NCBI GenBank assembly: GCA_947258985.1
Contig: CAMYKI010000001.1
Location: 46,651 to 110,650 of the forward strand
Source of the DNA: an uncultured Acidimicrobiaceae bacterium
Lineage (GTDB): Bacteria; Actinomycetota; Acidimicrobiia; Spongiisociales; UBA5794
Reading direction: 5' to 3'
DNA length: 64,000 nt
Below, one piece after another: positions 38,403 to 47,826 of the stretch. Each line of letters opens with the position of its first letter. The first letter of the stretch is position 1. The position numbers and the translations under genes are program-made. The notes under the pieces are model-generated. The model did not search any database. It was not told the DNA's origin and worked only from the letters and a program-made list of their open reading frames with translations.

Positions 38403-38993
38403 ATGAACGTTCCGTGGCGTCGCGGCTGGAAGTGTACGACGCTGTCTCCCAAGTGGCGGACGGCATTGTGCGGATTCGCGGTCGGCGCCGGCCTCAGCCT
38501 GGTGTTGGTTGCTGCCCCGCTCTGGTTGATCAACGGAGGGCCGACAACCACCTTGCCTCCTGCGGGGGTTCTTCCGCTGGAAGCATTGGCAACGATGCCG
38601 GACGTTTCTCCGCAATTCGACATTGCGTCGCTGTTGGTCGGCGAATGGTCGGGGGAGATGTGCCCGGATCAGGGTGAGCCGATCCCCGTCACATTTGAGT
38701 TCTCGCACGAAGTCAGCGGCGACGTGACATATTCGCTCTCGATAGCCGGCGACTTCCATAGCGAGGGACTCGTCGGAACCGGAGTCTGCGATGTCGATGG
38801 TGAAGAACTGGCCTTCCACGCCTTCCTGGCGATTCTCAACGACTGCGATGAGGCTTGTGGCGTCGACCGATTGTGGGACGGTCGTTTCGACCAGGGCTCC
38901 CTCGTCGGCGTCTACAGCGACTCTGTCAGTGACGAGACTTGTTTGTCCTGCGTCGGGGGCGGTACGTGGTGGCTCGCCCCCGAGCAAGGTTGA
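38403..38993 (+). CDS. Hypothetical signal-anchored Cys-containing protein
   Basis: GGAGG RBS before the ATG at 38403. N-terminal TM helix. Six Cys in the extracytoplasmic part. No family recognised. Confidence 0.5.
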   Translation: MNVPWRRGWKCTTLSPKWRTALCGFAVGAGLSLVLVAAPLWLINGGPTTTLPPAGVLPLEALATMPDVSPQFDIASLLVGEWSGEMCPDQGEPIPVTFEFSHEVSGDVTYSLSIAGDFHSEGLVGTGVCDVDGEELAFHAFLAILNDCDEACGVDRLWDGRFDQGSLVGVYSDSVSDETCLSCVGGGTWWLAPEQG

Positions 38994-38998
38994 TCCGG

Positions 38999-40663
38999 CT
39001 AGCCCGACTGTCGCAGATCCCGGCGATCGAAGAGGAATACGGCCGCGGCCGCCAGAACGACGAACGCCGCCAATAGCACGGCGCCGTGACCCCAGTTCAT
39101 CCCGTTGTTGAGTGGGTCGCTCGTCAGGTAGTAGTCAAACGGTGTGAAGGCAGCGATTCCTTCGACCGTGTCGTTGAGGATCGCAATCGAGTTGATCATG
39201 TAGGCGACCACGGCAACGCCGACTGCGGCAGATGCAGCCACTCGAACGCGACCGATAGCGGCACTCAGAGCCAGCGCCAGTGCGCCGAAGACCAGACCGA
39301 CCAGTGAACCCAGTAACGACGCCGCAGCGATGTTGAGCGGGTTCATCCCCAAGCCTCCAAGAAGCGACCCAGCCCAAACCCCGGCCCACGTGGCAAAGCC
39401 CACAGACAGGGTGAGCGCAACCATCGCATACGTCTTTTCGATGACTACCTTGCGCCGCGGGATTGGGTTGGCCAGCAGCAATCCCATTGTCCGGTTTGCT
39501 TCCTCGCCGGCGAGGGCTCTCGCGCCCATGGTGATCGATACGACCATGACCGCAATGGGAACCGTCAACCCGAACACTTCGACCTCGTAGAAGCCTTCGG
39601 CGGTTGCCATCTCGCCGCCCGATGCTCCGACAAACGCCCACATCTCCTCTGGTAGCTGGTCGGTGTACTCGAGAAGTGTCGTGTCCATGAGCGAATACAG
39701 TGGGCCCATCAGCAGGCCCATTACGAAGAACATCACATAGGCAACGATGATCAACAGGCCCTGGTGCTCCGACGCCGTCTTTATCCAGATGTGGGAGACC
39801 CGAGTTGAACCGGCAAGCTTGTCTACCGCTTTCTGAGTGAATGGGTTGGCGCGCAAGCGATCGAGGATCGTTGTCCCCACTGCATGGCCTTTGAGATCGC
39901 GCCTGTTGACGCCGACAAATGCCGCGGCAGCCAGCGCCGCGGTCGCTCCCACGAGAATCGACATGTGGCCGAGGCTGACACCGTTGTTCATCGGGTCCGA
40001 TCCATCGAAGTAGTACCACGGGAAGACCTTGGCGACGTTTTCCCACCCCTCAATCAGCGGGAAGACGCCAACCGCGATGAACCCCACAACCATGAGGCCT
40101 GCGGAGACCCCCGAAGCCATGCCACGACTGCCGGTCCACGCGCCAATGGCAAGCGCCAGCATTCCGTAGAAGACCACACTGGCAACCATGTGCAGCGAAT
40201 ATGCCCCAACCTGCATCGTCCCAAGTTCGACGTTGAGCATGGTGGCGACCACGTAGGTGGCCATCCACAGCACCGCTATACCAATTGCGGCGAGTAGGAC
40301 CATGCTCGACATCTTGGAGACGAGGACCTGGTTACGACTCTTTGGATTGCCGAGAAGGATGCCAATGGTGCCGGCCTTCTCCTCGCCGGCGATCGAGGCG
40401 GAACCCATTGATATGGCCAGCCCCGCCAATGTGAACGATCCGTACAGCCCGAGGAGCACCCCGACTGCGAGACTCCCGGCATCTGCATTGTCCGGGATGT
40501 TCATCAGCGAGCGGAACGCCTCGGGCAAATCGTCGTAGAAGGTGAAGTCGAAGCTGCTGTACACCCACATGGCAAGGAGCAGCATCACTGTCAGGGCGGC
40601 CACGGCGATGGCCGTTGCCCGCCAGCGGTCGCGTATCGTTTTTGTGAAGACGTTGGCGAGCAT
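38999..40663 (-). CDS. ABC-2-type exporter permease (duplicated, about 12 TM)
   Basis: 554 aa, two homologous 6-TM halves. 1-nt overlap with the upstream ATPase gene. Confidence 0.75.
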   Translation of the reverse strand: MLANVFTKTIRDRWRATAIAVAALTVMLLLAMWVYSSFDFTFYDDLPEAFRSLMNIPDNADAGSLAVGVLLGLYGSFTLAGLAISMGSASIAGEEKAGTIGILLGNPKSRNQVLVSKMSSMVLLAAIGIAVLWMATYVVATMLNVELGTMQVGAYSLHMVASVVFYGMLALAIGAWTGSRGMASGVSAGLMVVGFIAVGVFPLIEGWENVAKVFPWYYFDGSDPMNNGVSLGHMSILVGATAALAAAAFVGVNRRDLKGHAVGTTILDRLRANPFTQKAVDKLAGSTRVSHIWIKTASEHQGLLIIVAYVMFFVMGLLMGPLYSLMDTTLLEYTDQLPEEMWAFVGASGGEMATAEGFYEVEVFGLTVPIAVMVVSITMGARALAGEEANRTMGLLLANPIPRRKVVIEKTYAMVALTLSVGFATWAGVWAGSLLGGLGMNPLNIAAASLLGSLVGLVFGALALALSAAIGRVRVAASAAVGVAVVAYMINSIAILNDTVEGIAAFTPFDYYLTSDPLNNGMNWGHGAVLLAAFVVLAAAAVFLFDRRDLRQSG

Positions 40664-41565
40664 CAGGCGCCTACTTCCTCGTAGTAGGTGAGGAAGATCT
40701 CTTCGAGGTCGGCTTCCTGGGTGGTGATGTCGAGCAGGCCGTAGCTATCCGTCACGACTTTGAGCAGTGTTTCCATCTGGCCGTCGAATGACAAGGTCAC
40801 GTGATGGTTCTCGACATCGACCTCGCGCACCCCGGGCAGCGGCTCGAAGACAGCCGCGTCCACGGGTGCGGCAAAGAACAGGTTCACGGTGCGAATGGCC
40901 TTCGAACGCAGTTCTGCAACTCCTTCGACGGCGATCAGTTTGCCGTGCCGAATGATGCCGACCCGGTCGGCCGCTCGCTGCACCTCAGACAGCGTGTGGC
41001 TGGAGAGGAAGACGGTGCGACCGTCGGAAGCCACCTCGCGCATCATCGTCTGGAACTCACGCTGAACCAGCGGGTCGAGACCGGAGCTGGGTTCGTCCAT
41101 GATCAGCACGTCCGGCTTGTTCATGAACGCCTGAATGAGACCGACCTTCTGCCGGTTGCCGGAGGAGAGGTCGCCAACCTTCTTGTCGAGGTCGGCGTCG
41201 AGGCGCTCGGCCAGCGTGCCGACAAAGTCCCAATCGACTCCACCGCGCAGATTGGCAAAGTAGGTGAGGGTGTCCCTTCCGGTAAGGCTGGGGTACATCG
41301 CCAGGTCGCCGGGGAGGTATCCGATGTGGTTACGAATCTCCACCGAATGCACGTGGGAGTCCATGCCCAGAATCGACGCCTTGCCGGAAGTGGGCCGGAT
41401 CTCGTCGAGGATGGTCCGGATCATGGTTGTCTTCCCCGCCCCGTTGGGGCCGAGAAAACCAAAGACCTCGCCTTGGGCGATGTCGAGGTCCAGGTCCACA
41501 AGCGCTTTGACGTCGCCGTAGTGCTTGGTGAGACCCTCGGTGTGGATCGCAATTTGGTCGGTCAT
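40663..41565 (-). CDS. ABC exporter ATP-binding protein
   Basis: GPNGAGKTT, LSSGNRQKVGL, LIMDEPSSGLD. ATGA overlap with the tetR stop. Confidence 0.85.
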   Translation of the reverse strand: MTDQIAIHTEGLTKHYGDVKALVDLDLDIAQGEVFGFLGPNGAGKTTMIRTILDEIRPTSGKASILGMDSHVHSVEIRNHIGYLPGDLAMYPSLTGRDTLTYFANLRGGVDWDFVGTLAERLDADLDKKVGDLSSGNRQKVGLIQAFMNKPDVLIMDEPSSGLDPLVQREFQTMMREVASDGRTVFLSSHTLSEVQRAADRVGIIRHGKLIAVEGVAELRSKAIRTVNLFFAAPVDAAVFEPLPGVREVDVENHHVTLSFDGQMETLLKVVTDSYGLLDITTQEADLEEIFLTYYEEVGA

Positions 41566-42230
41566 GTTGATTCCTTCTCTGCTTCGGTAGCGGCGTCGAC
41601 AAACGCGGCGCGCAGTATTTGGACTGTGGTCTCGGTGAGGAAGCCGTTGCTGTAGATCTCCAAGATCGGCGCCATGTAGGCGGACGTAGCCTTGGGGTCG
41701 GCGCTGAAGTCGGACGTGATGTCTACGCCGATGAGCCTCTCCAGATGCTCGTGCAGGACCAGCGATCCGAGACCCCAGATGGTGAGGATTGCCGCACGTT
41801 CCCACTCGTGTTCGGTCGGCTTGATCATTCCAGTCTCGACGCCGGTGGCGACATACTTCATGGCGTCGGTGACGATTTCGTCGACCAGTTCGGCAACGTG
41901 CGGTGACCCGTCGACCAGGGTGCGTGCCAGGTACTTGGCTGCAGGGATTTCGCCAACGGTGCGGAATGCCGCGGTGACGTCAAAGGCTCCGCCGGATGCC
42001 ATCGCCCCACCCTTGACGTCCCTGATGATCCCGGCGACGTATTCATCGCACGCCACGCGCAACTCGTCCTTCGAACCAAAGTGATGGATGACCAACCCTG
42101 GGGAGACGCCGGCGGCGGTGGCGATGGTGCGGATGCTGGTCCCGTCGACACCGTTGGCCGCAAACTCGGTGATGGCAGCATCACGAATCCGGGCGACTGT
42201 CGAGCGATCATCTGTTGAACGCATGTTCAA
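41562..42230 (-). CDS. TetR/AcrR-family transcriptional regulator
   Basis: N-terminal HTH RIRDAAITEFAANGVDGTSIRTIATAAGVSPGLVIHHF. Confidence 0.85.
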   Translation of the reverse strand: MNMRSTDDRSTVARIRDAAITEFAANGVDGTSIRTIATAAGVSPGLVIHHFGSKDELRVACDEYVAGIIRDVKGGAMASGGAFDVTAAFRTVGEIPAAKYLARTLVDGSPHVAELVDEIVTDAMKYVATGVETGMIKPTEHEWERAAILTIWGLGSLVLHEHLERLIGVDITSDFSADPKATSAYMAPILEIYSNGFLTETTVQILRAAFVDAATEAEKEST

Positions 42231-42249
42231 TATTCTAAACGAATGTTTA
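42215..42249. promoter_or_regulatory. Two related inverted repeats (TTGAAC-GCAT-GTTCAA and TAAAC-GAAT-GTTTA), candidate TetR operators
   Basis: Read directly. Centres are 20 bp apart. The first overlaps the tetR start codon. Confidence 0.45.
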
Positions 42250-42285
42250 AGAGAAGTGAAGTGCCATCGTCCTCCTTTCTGTTTC

Positions 42286-42323
42286 TGCGTATCTCCGGTC
42301 GCATATACGACCGGAGATACGCA
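42286..42323. other. Perfect 16-bp-stem hairpin (tgcgtatctccggtcg / cgaccggagatacgca, loop catata)
   Basis: Read directly in the tetR / small-membrane-gene intergenic region. No U-tract on either strand. Confidence 0.5.
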
Positions 42324-42432
42324 AGAACGGACGAACTGCCCCTGTTGGGGCGATCACGTCTCCTGTACGTTGGGGCGGCAGGCAGTATCAGAGGAACCGC
42401 ACGCAAAGCCCACGGGAATTCGAGGAGGGCAT

Positions 42433-42717
42433 ATGGCGCCAGAATCCGCAGCTCCGGAAGACACCCAGTGGGACGAGCGACCCCGCGGGGCTCTGTCCCG
42501 TGCACTCAGCAGTCTTGGCTGGCTGATCGCAATCGTCTGGGTCCTCGGCATGGCCGTCTACATCGTTTGGCAGATCACCTCCAACGATGAGTCCATCCGA
42601 ATCGAGAGCATGATCGGGTTTGCGCTCCTGTCGGCGTTCGCCCTCATCGTCCTTTCTGCTCTGGTCGACCGCCTGAAGACACGCAAGAACGATCCTTACA
42701 GGAAGGTGCAGAAGTGA
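42433..42717 (+). CDS. Small two-TM membrane protein
   Basis: GAGGAGGG RBS. 94 aa. GTGA overlap with the downstream ybjQ-like gene. Confidence 0.55.
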   Translation: MAPESAAPEDTQWDERPRGALSRALSSLGWLIAIVWVLGMAVYIVWQITSNDESIRIESMIGFALLSAFALIVLSALVDRLKTRKNDPYRKVQK

Positions 42718-43037
42718 TAGTCACGACGAGCGAGAGTGTGGCGGGTCATCGGATCACTCGGACGCTGGGCCTGGTACGTGGGAACACCATCCGGGCGCGC
42801 CATATCGGGCGGGATGTCAAGGCGCTGGGCAGAAACATCGTCGGAGGCGAGATCTCGGAGTACACCAAGCTCCTCGCCGAGGCTCGGGAGCAGGCGCTCG
42901 ATCGGATGATTGCTGAGGCAACGGAGATCGGCGCCAACGCCATTGTGACGACACGTTTCGCTACCTCGATGGTTACCAGCGGCGGGGCAGAGCTCCTCGC
43001 CTTCGGCACAGCCGTTATCGTCGAACCCGAGCAGTAG
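42714..43037 (+). CDS. YbjQ-family (UPF0145) protein
   Basis: 107 aa. VTTS..V.G..I...LG.V.G...R...IG.D pattern typical of YbjQ. Confidence 0.8.
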   Translation: MIVTTSESVAGHRITRTLGLVRGNTIRARHIGRDVKALGRNIVGGEISEYTKLLAEAREQALDRMIAEATEIGANAIVTTRFATSMVTSGGAELLAFGTAVIVEPEQ

Positions 43038-43056
43038 CCGGGGTCGGGAGGTCGTT

Positions 43057-43440
43057 TTGCGGCGCGCTGCCGTCTTGACTCAAATCGTGCTTCAGGCCGT
43101 GGCTGTTTTTCAGGTGGCCCTTGCGTTTGGGGCTCCCTGGGGTGAGCACGCATACGGCGGTCGTGCCAAGACGAGAAACGGCCAACTCACGCCTCCCTAT
43201 CGAGTGATGAGTGGGCTGGCGGTGCCGATTCTGTTGTTCGCATCCTGGATCGTCCTCGCCAAAGCCGACTTAGTTACCGGCGGTGGCGACTGGGTGAACG
43301 TTGCCGTCTGGTTCGTATTTGGCTACCTGGTGCTCAACACCGCAACCAACTTCGCCTCGAGCAGCAAGGTCGAGCGGTATGTGATAGGTACGGCTACTGC
43401 GCTCGCCGCCGTCTGTACGCTCATTGTTGCCCTGGGCTGA
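43057..43440 (+). CDS. Hypothetical 4-TM membrane protein
   Basis: 127 aa, hydrophobic helices. No family recognised. Confidence 0.45.
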   Translation: MRRAAVLTQIVLQAVAVFQVALAFGAPWGEHAYGGRAKTRNGQLTPPYRVMSGLAVPILLFASWIVLAKADLVTGGGDWVNVAVWFVFGYLVLNTATNFASSSKVERYVIGTATALAAVCTLIVALG

Positions 43441-43455
43441 CAGGGCGATTTATCC

Positions 43456-44436
43456 CTAGGGCAAACGACCGAACCAGGCGAGAGATGCGATTCCGGCAAG
43501 AGCCAGCAAGGCAACGGTGGCGCCCGTGAACCATTCGGAAATCTCCGTCTGGACCGTCTCCACCTGAACGCTGCGGCCAAGATCCTCGTAAACCTGGCTC
43601 AGTTGCTGTGCGGAGACCGCGGTCAAGGACCGGCCCTCGGTCTGAAAGGCAAGCTGCTCCAGGGCCTGCTCGTTGACCGGGACCGGGATTGTCCCACCGA
43701 GCGGATCTTCTACGACGCCGGCGTCGGTACCAAACGCAATCGTGTGAACCGGGATGTTGCGGGACCGCGCTTCGGACGCAGCCTCGTCATTTGGTCGCCC
43801 CATTGTCGTATCGCCGTCCGACAACAACACGATCGTCCCAACCGGCGTCCCCGATTCCGTCTCGTTGCTTTCCGCTCTGGCCACGGCGTCGTCGATGGCA
43901 TCGAGGGCTACGAAGACGGCTTCGCCGATCGCCGTTCCCTCACCGAGTTCAGAGTCTCGCTCGATGATGCGCCGCACCGCATCCAGCCTGGTAGTTGGAG
44001 AGATCAGGAGCCGGGCGCGCCCGTCAAAGGCGACCACACCCACTGCAACCCCTTCGGGAACGGTATCGAGGAAGACGCCGGCGGCTTCCCTTGCCGCTTC
44101 CATGCGAGAGGGGGAGACGTCCTCTGCCTGCATGGAGAGCGAAACATCGATCGCCAGCACCACAATCTGCTGGGCCTCCGTTGTCTCGCCGGCGATCACC
44201 GGTCGTGCGAAGCCAAGACTGGCGATCACAATCGCCAGCAACACGCCAAGTGCCGTCAGATGTCGTCGCCATCCGGGGCGGTCGGGGGCGACCTCGTCGA
44301 GCAGGTCGAGCGTGGTGAATCGCAGGGCATACCGGCGGCGCCGGGCCTGCAGTGCCAGGTATCCAATGGCCAGGCCGGCTGGTATTGCCAGCGCGAGAAG
44401 CCGGGCTGGTTCCAGGAATCCGAAGTCATTCATCAT
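43456..44436 (-). CDS. VWA-domain membrane protein (BatA-like)
   Basis: Two N-terminal TM helices, MIDAS DVSLSM, C-terminal TM. ATGATGA junction with DUF58. Confidence 0.8.
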   Translation of the reverse strand: MMNDFGFLEPARLLALAIPAGLAIGYLALQARRRRYALRFTTLDLLDEVAPDRPGWRRHLTALGVLLAIVIASLGFARPVIAGETTEAQQIVVLAIDVSLSMQAEDVSPSRMEAAREAAGVFLDTVPEGVAVGVVAFDGRARLLISPTTRLDAVRRIIERDSELGEGTAIGEAVFVALDAIDDAVARAESNETESGTPVGTIVLLSDGDTTMGRPNDEAASEARSRNIPVHTIAFGTDAGVVEDPLGGTIPVPVNEQALEQLAFQTEGRSLTAVSAQQLSQVYEDLGRSVQVETVQTEISEWFTGATVALLALAGIASLAWFGRLP

Positions 44437-45398
44437 CGTGCTCTCCCTGCAGCAAGCATCCTGTTGCGCCGCTGAGACACGAAGTTCACAAAGTCGAACA
44501 CCCAATCGCGGTCGGTGCGTAACGGCAGGTGGTCGGCTCCGCAGCCTTGGAGCTTGGCTGCCACCTCCTGCCGCCTGGAAGCGGCGTGTCGCGCATAGCG
44601 GGAACGCATCGGAGCGTCGGCCGTGTCAACCAGGCGGCGTCGGCCGGTTTCGGTGTCCACCACGGATATCAGCCCGACATCCGGAAGCTCGACCTCGCGC
44701 GGGTCGAGAACCTCAACCGCTATCAGGTCGTGGCGATGACCTAATGCCCGCATGGGGCGTTCCCAGGTGGATGGGCCGAGGAAGTCGGAGACGACTACCA
44801 CCATTCCGCGCCGTCTCGCTGAACGGCGCACCATCTCGATCGACCCGGTGAGATCGCCCAACTCGCCGTCCTCCGGGCTGTGCCGGAGGGATGCCAGGAT
44901 GCCACCGACATGATTGGAGCCGCTTCTTGCGGGGATGATATGTGGCCGCGACGCTCCGTCCGGCGATGTCGTGCGGATCGCTCCGACCCGATTCCCACCC
45001 CTCGAGGCCAGCAGAGCGAATGCACCTGCCGCCGACCAGGCGATCTCGTGCTTTGTAGCCAGACCGGTGCCGAAGGACAGACTGGATGAGGTATCGAGGA
45101 CGAGCCACAGCTCGAGTTCATGGTCGGCAATAGTGTCTCGGACGTGGGGTTCACTGGTACGGGCTGTCACCGCCCAATCTATGTGACGGGGGTCGTCTCC
45201 CGGAACATACGGGCGAGCTTCACCGTGTTCCGAACCGTGGCCCGGAAAGAGCCCCGGGTGATCCCCGGCGAGGAGTCCATCGAGGCGACGCAGGACGGTG
45301 ACCTGGAGCCGCTCGATGGGCGCCTGCGATGGTGACGTCACTCGATGGCGGCGAGGCAGTTCTTCGACGCCGGGAGGACGAGCGCTTCTTCTTCTCAC
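44433..45398 (-). CDS. DUF58-domain protein (MoxR-VWA partner)
   Basis: RPYVPGDDPRHIDW motif. GTG at 45398 lies 2 nt after the moxR stop (alternative TTG at 45431). Confidence 0.75.
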   Translation of the reverse strand: MRRRSARPPGVEELPRRHRVTSPSQAPIERLQVTVLRRLDGLLAGDHPGLFPGHGSEHGEARPYVPGDDPRHIDWAVTARTSEPHVRDTIADHELELWLVLDTSSSLSFGTGLATKHEIAWSAAGAFALLASRGGNRVGAIRTTSPDGASRPHIIPARSGSNHVGGILASLRHSPEDGELGDLTGSIEMVRRSARRRGMVVVVSDFLGPSTWERPMRALGHRHDLIAVEVLDPREVELPDVGLISVVDTETGRRRLVDTADAPMRSRYARHAASRRQEVAAKLQGCGADHLPLRTDRDWVFDFVNFVSQRRNRMLAAGRAR

Positions 45399-45399
45399 A

Positions 45400-46452
45400 T
45401 CAACTCCGCAACGCCGTCGCCCGGCCGGCAAGCTGGCTCGACGATATGTGCGGTGCCACCACCGTGGTCAGGACCTCGACGAGCACATCATCGACGGTCA
45501 CCCCGTCGGCGATCGCATCGAACGATGGAACCAGGCGGTGGTTGAGCACGTCGTACGCAACGTCGTATACATCCTGGGCCAGTACATGATCCCGGCCCCG
45601 CAATAGCGCCAGGGCCCGTCCGGCGTGGATGAGACCGATGCTGGCTCGGGGGCTGGCACCGTACGCAAGGAGGCCGTTGATGGAGACGCCGTGCTCATCG
45701 GGGTGCCTTGTAGCCAGCACCAGGCGGATGGCGTAGTCCTGCACCGCAGGGTCAACGTACAGAGCGGCTGCTGCGTCTTGCAGGTTCTGCACGTCGTCGG
45801 TCGATAGGACTCCATCCGGGACGGCCTGCGGTCTGCTGGCCCGTTCGACGATGTCGTGCTCCTCCCGGGCAGATGGATAGTCGACAGGGATCCTCATTAG
45901 GAACCGGTCGCGCTGTGCCTCGGGGAGCGGATAGACACCCTCGGACTCGATCGGGTTCTGCGTCGCCAGCACCAAAAACGGCCGGGGCAGGGGATGGGTC
46001 ACGCCGCCGAGAGAGACCTGGCGTTCTGCCATCACCTCGAGCAGAGCAGACTGGACCTTCGCCGGTGCCCGGTTGATCTCATCCGTGAGCACGAAGTTGA
46101 CGAACACCGGACCCAGTTCCACGTCGAAGCTCTCTGTGGAAGGGCGGTACACGCGGGTGCCGACAATGTCGGACGGCAGCAGATCCGGGGTGAACTGGAT
46201 GCGGGCGAAGGTGCCGCCGAGGGTCTGGGCAAGCGTGGATACGGTCAGGGTCTTGCCGATACCGGGGACACCTTCCAGAAGACAGTGGCCGCCGGCGAGC
46301 AACGCCACGATGACACGTTCAAGGACACGATCCTGTCCGACGATGACCCGCTTCATCTCGGTGATGACCTGACGAAGCTGCAGGCTGTACAAGGCGGGGT
46401 CGGGCGGTGCTGCCGGGGGTGTGCCCGGGAGGGTGTGTTCTGTAGCCGTCAT
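45400..46452 (-). CDS. MoxR-family AAA+ ATPase
   Basis: LLEGVPGIGKT Walker A, FVLTDEINRA Walker B, LEVMAERQV. ATGA overlap with the upstream protease. Confidence 0.9.
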   Translation of the reverse strand: MTATEHTLPGTPPAAPPDPALYSLQLRQVITEMKRVIVGQDRVLERVIVALLAGGHCLLEGVPGIGKTLTVSTLAQTLGGTFARIQFTPDLLPSDIVGTRVYRPSTESFDVELGPVFVNFVLTDEINRAPAKVQSALLEVMAERQVSLGGVTHPLPRPFLVLATQNPIESEGVYPLPEAQRDRFLMRIPVDYPSAREEHDIVERASRPQAVPDGVLSTDDVQNLQDAAAALYVDPAVQDYAIRLVLATRHPDEHGVSINGLLAYGASPRASIGLIHAGRALALLRGRDHVLAQDVYDVAYDVLNHRLVPSFDAIADGVTVDDVLVEVLTTVVAPHISSSQLAGRATALRS

Positions 46453-47768
46453 TGCGAGCCTCCACCGCTCTCCGGGATGGTTCCGGGAACGCCGAACAAC
46501 TCATCGAGTAGCTCGTCCAGCTCCGGCGGCACGAGGTCCAAGCCGAACATCTCGTCGAGCAGTTCATCGAGACCGGGCAGGTCGTCCAGCGAGTCGGGTG
46601 CCGGGCCAAAGAAGAACTCATCGAGCATCTCGTCGAGACCCGGTTGGGGTTCCGGTTGTATCGGTTGGGGATCCTGCGGGGGGTCGGATGGAGTCGGTGT
46701 TGACGGAGCGGGATTGGTACCCGGAGCCGCAAACAGCTCTTCGAGCAATTCGCCGAGACCCGGGAGCAGTTCGTCCAGACCGGGCAACAAGTCATCGACG
46801 CCCGGAATCAGGCTGTCCAGTCCTGAACCTTCGGGGGCCGGGACGCTGGGGGCATCGATCCCGCCGGCGGCCTCGACTTCTTCGAGGAGGGAGTCGAACG
46901 CTTCTACCGGGATAGCGAAGCCGACTCCATCGTTGCCCCCTGAGATGGAGGCGATGGCGGTGTTGATTCCGATGACCTTCGCTTCGGCATCGGCCAAAGG
47001 CCCGCCGGAGTTGCCGGGATTGATCGGGGCGTCGGTCTGGATGAGCCCGGTGAGCAATCCCATTGGCGTGTCGAGCTCACGATCGAGTCCGGAGATGATG
47101 CCTGCGGTGACGGACTGCTGGAAACCGAACGGGCTGCCGAGAGCGAATGCCGCTTCTCCTACTTCGACCGATCCGGGTTCCGCGATCGTGGCGGCCACCA
47201 GGTCGCTCGGGTCGACGAGGGCCACGACTGCAAGGTCCCTCTCCGGCGCCCGCCCGACGACTCGGCCATCGAAGGTGCGATCGTCTGCAGTCCGAACCGA
47301 GACCTCCTCGCCCAGCGAGACAACATGGTGGGCGGTCAGCACGAGTCCTGCCACGTCGTAGATGACGCCGGATCCCACGCCACCGCCGGCGTCGAGACCA
47401 CCGAGGATGTCGATCTGCACGACCGCAGGCCCTAGCGCGGCTGCTACCGACCCGGGAGTGCTGATTTCCGGGGCAACGGTTGGTGTGATCGGCTCGTCGT
47501 CCCAAAAGAGCCGATTCCCCAGGAAAGCGATGAGGGCAACCACGCCAACGCCAACCAAGGCACCGAAGAGCACATGTCTGAAACGGCGACTCCCTTTCCC
47601 GGGATCTGCGGGTTCTGCAGTTATGGGGATTTCGATGGTAGGTACCGCAGCGGCGGGTTGCGGTGCGTACTGCGGGATCTCGTCAGAGATCGGCGGGGAC
47701 GCCGGCAGGTCGCGCCAGGACCGGTGCGGGAGCTGGTCCTCCCGCTTGCCAGTATCGAGCTGAGTCAA
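46449..47768 (-). CDS. HtrA/PepD-like S1C serine protease, membrane-anchored, PDZ replaced by an acidic LDELL-repeat tail
   Basis: Catalytic triad context TAHHVV, RDLAVV, GNSGGPL. One TM helix. C-terminal 150 aa of (P)GLDELL-type repeats and a Pro-rich spacer. Confidence 0.8.
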   Translation of the reverse strand: MTQLDTGKREDQLPHRSWRDLPASPPISDEIPQYAPQPAAAVPTIEIPITAEPADPGKGSRRFRHVLFGALVGVGVVALIAFLGNRLFWDDEPITPTVAPEISTPGSVAAALGPAVVQIDILGGLDAGGGVGSGVIYDVAGLVLTAHHVVSLGEEVSVRTADDRTFDGRVVGRAPERDLAVVALVDPSDLVAATIAEPGSVEVGEAAFALGSPFGFQQSVTAGIISGLDRELDTPMGLLTGLIQTDAPINPGNSGGPLADAEAKVIGINTAIASISGGNDGVGFAIPVEAFDSLLEEVEAAGGIDAPSVPAPEGSGLDSLIPGVDDLLPGLDELLPGLGELLEELFAAPGTNPAPSTPTPSDPPQDPQPIQPEPQPGLDEMLDEFFFGPAPDSLDDLPGLDELLDEMFGLDLVPPELDELLDELFGVPGTIPESGGGSQ

Positions 47769-47826
47769 GGAAGCCTCCGGAATGAGTGGACCGCCTCAAC
47801 ATATGAGATGGCGCATAAAGAGGGCG

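Noticed and set aside
43456-46452. MoxR-VWA genes as a possible NTPase-based conflict or defence system.
   Set aside because: The architecture is the canonical housekeeping-type MoxR-DUF58-BatA-like operon. There are no STAND NTPase, effector or other conflict-system partners. Only the upstream protease tail is unusual, and it is reported separately.
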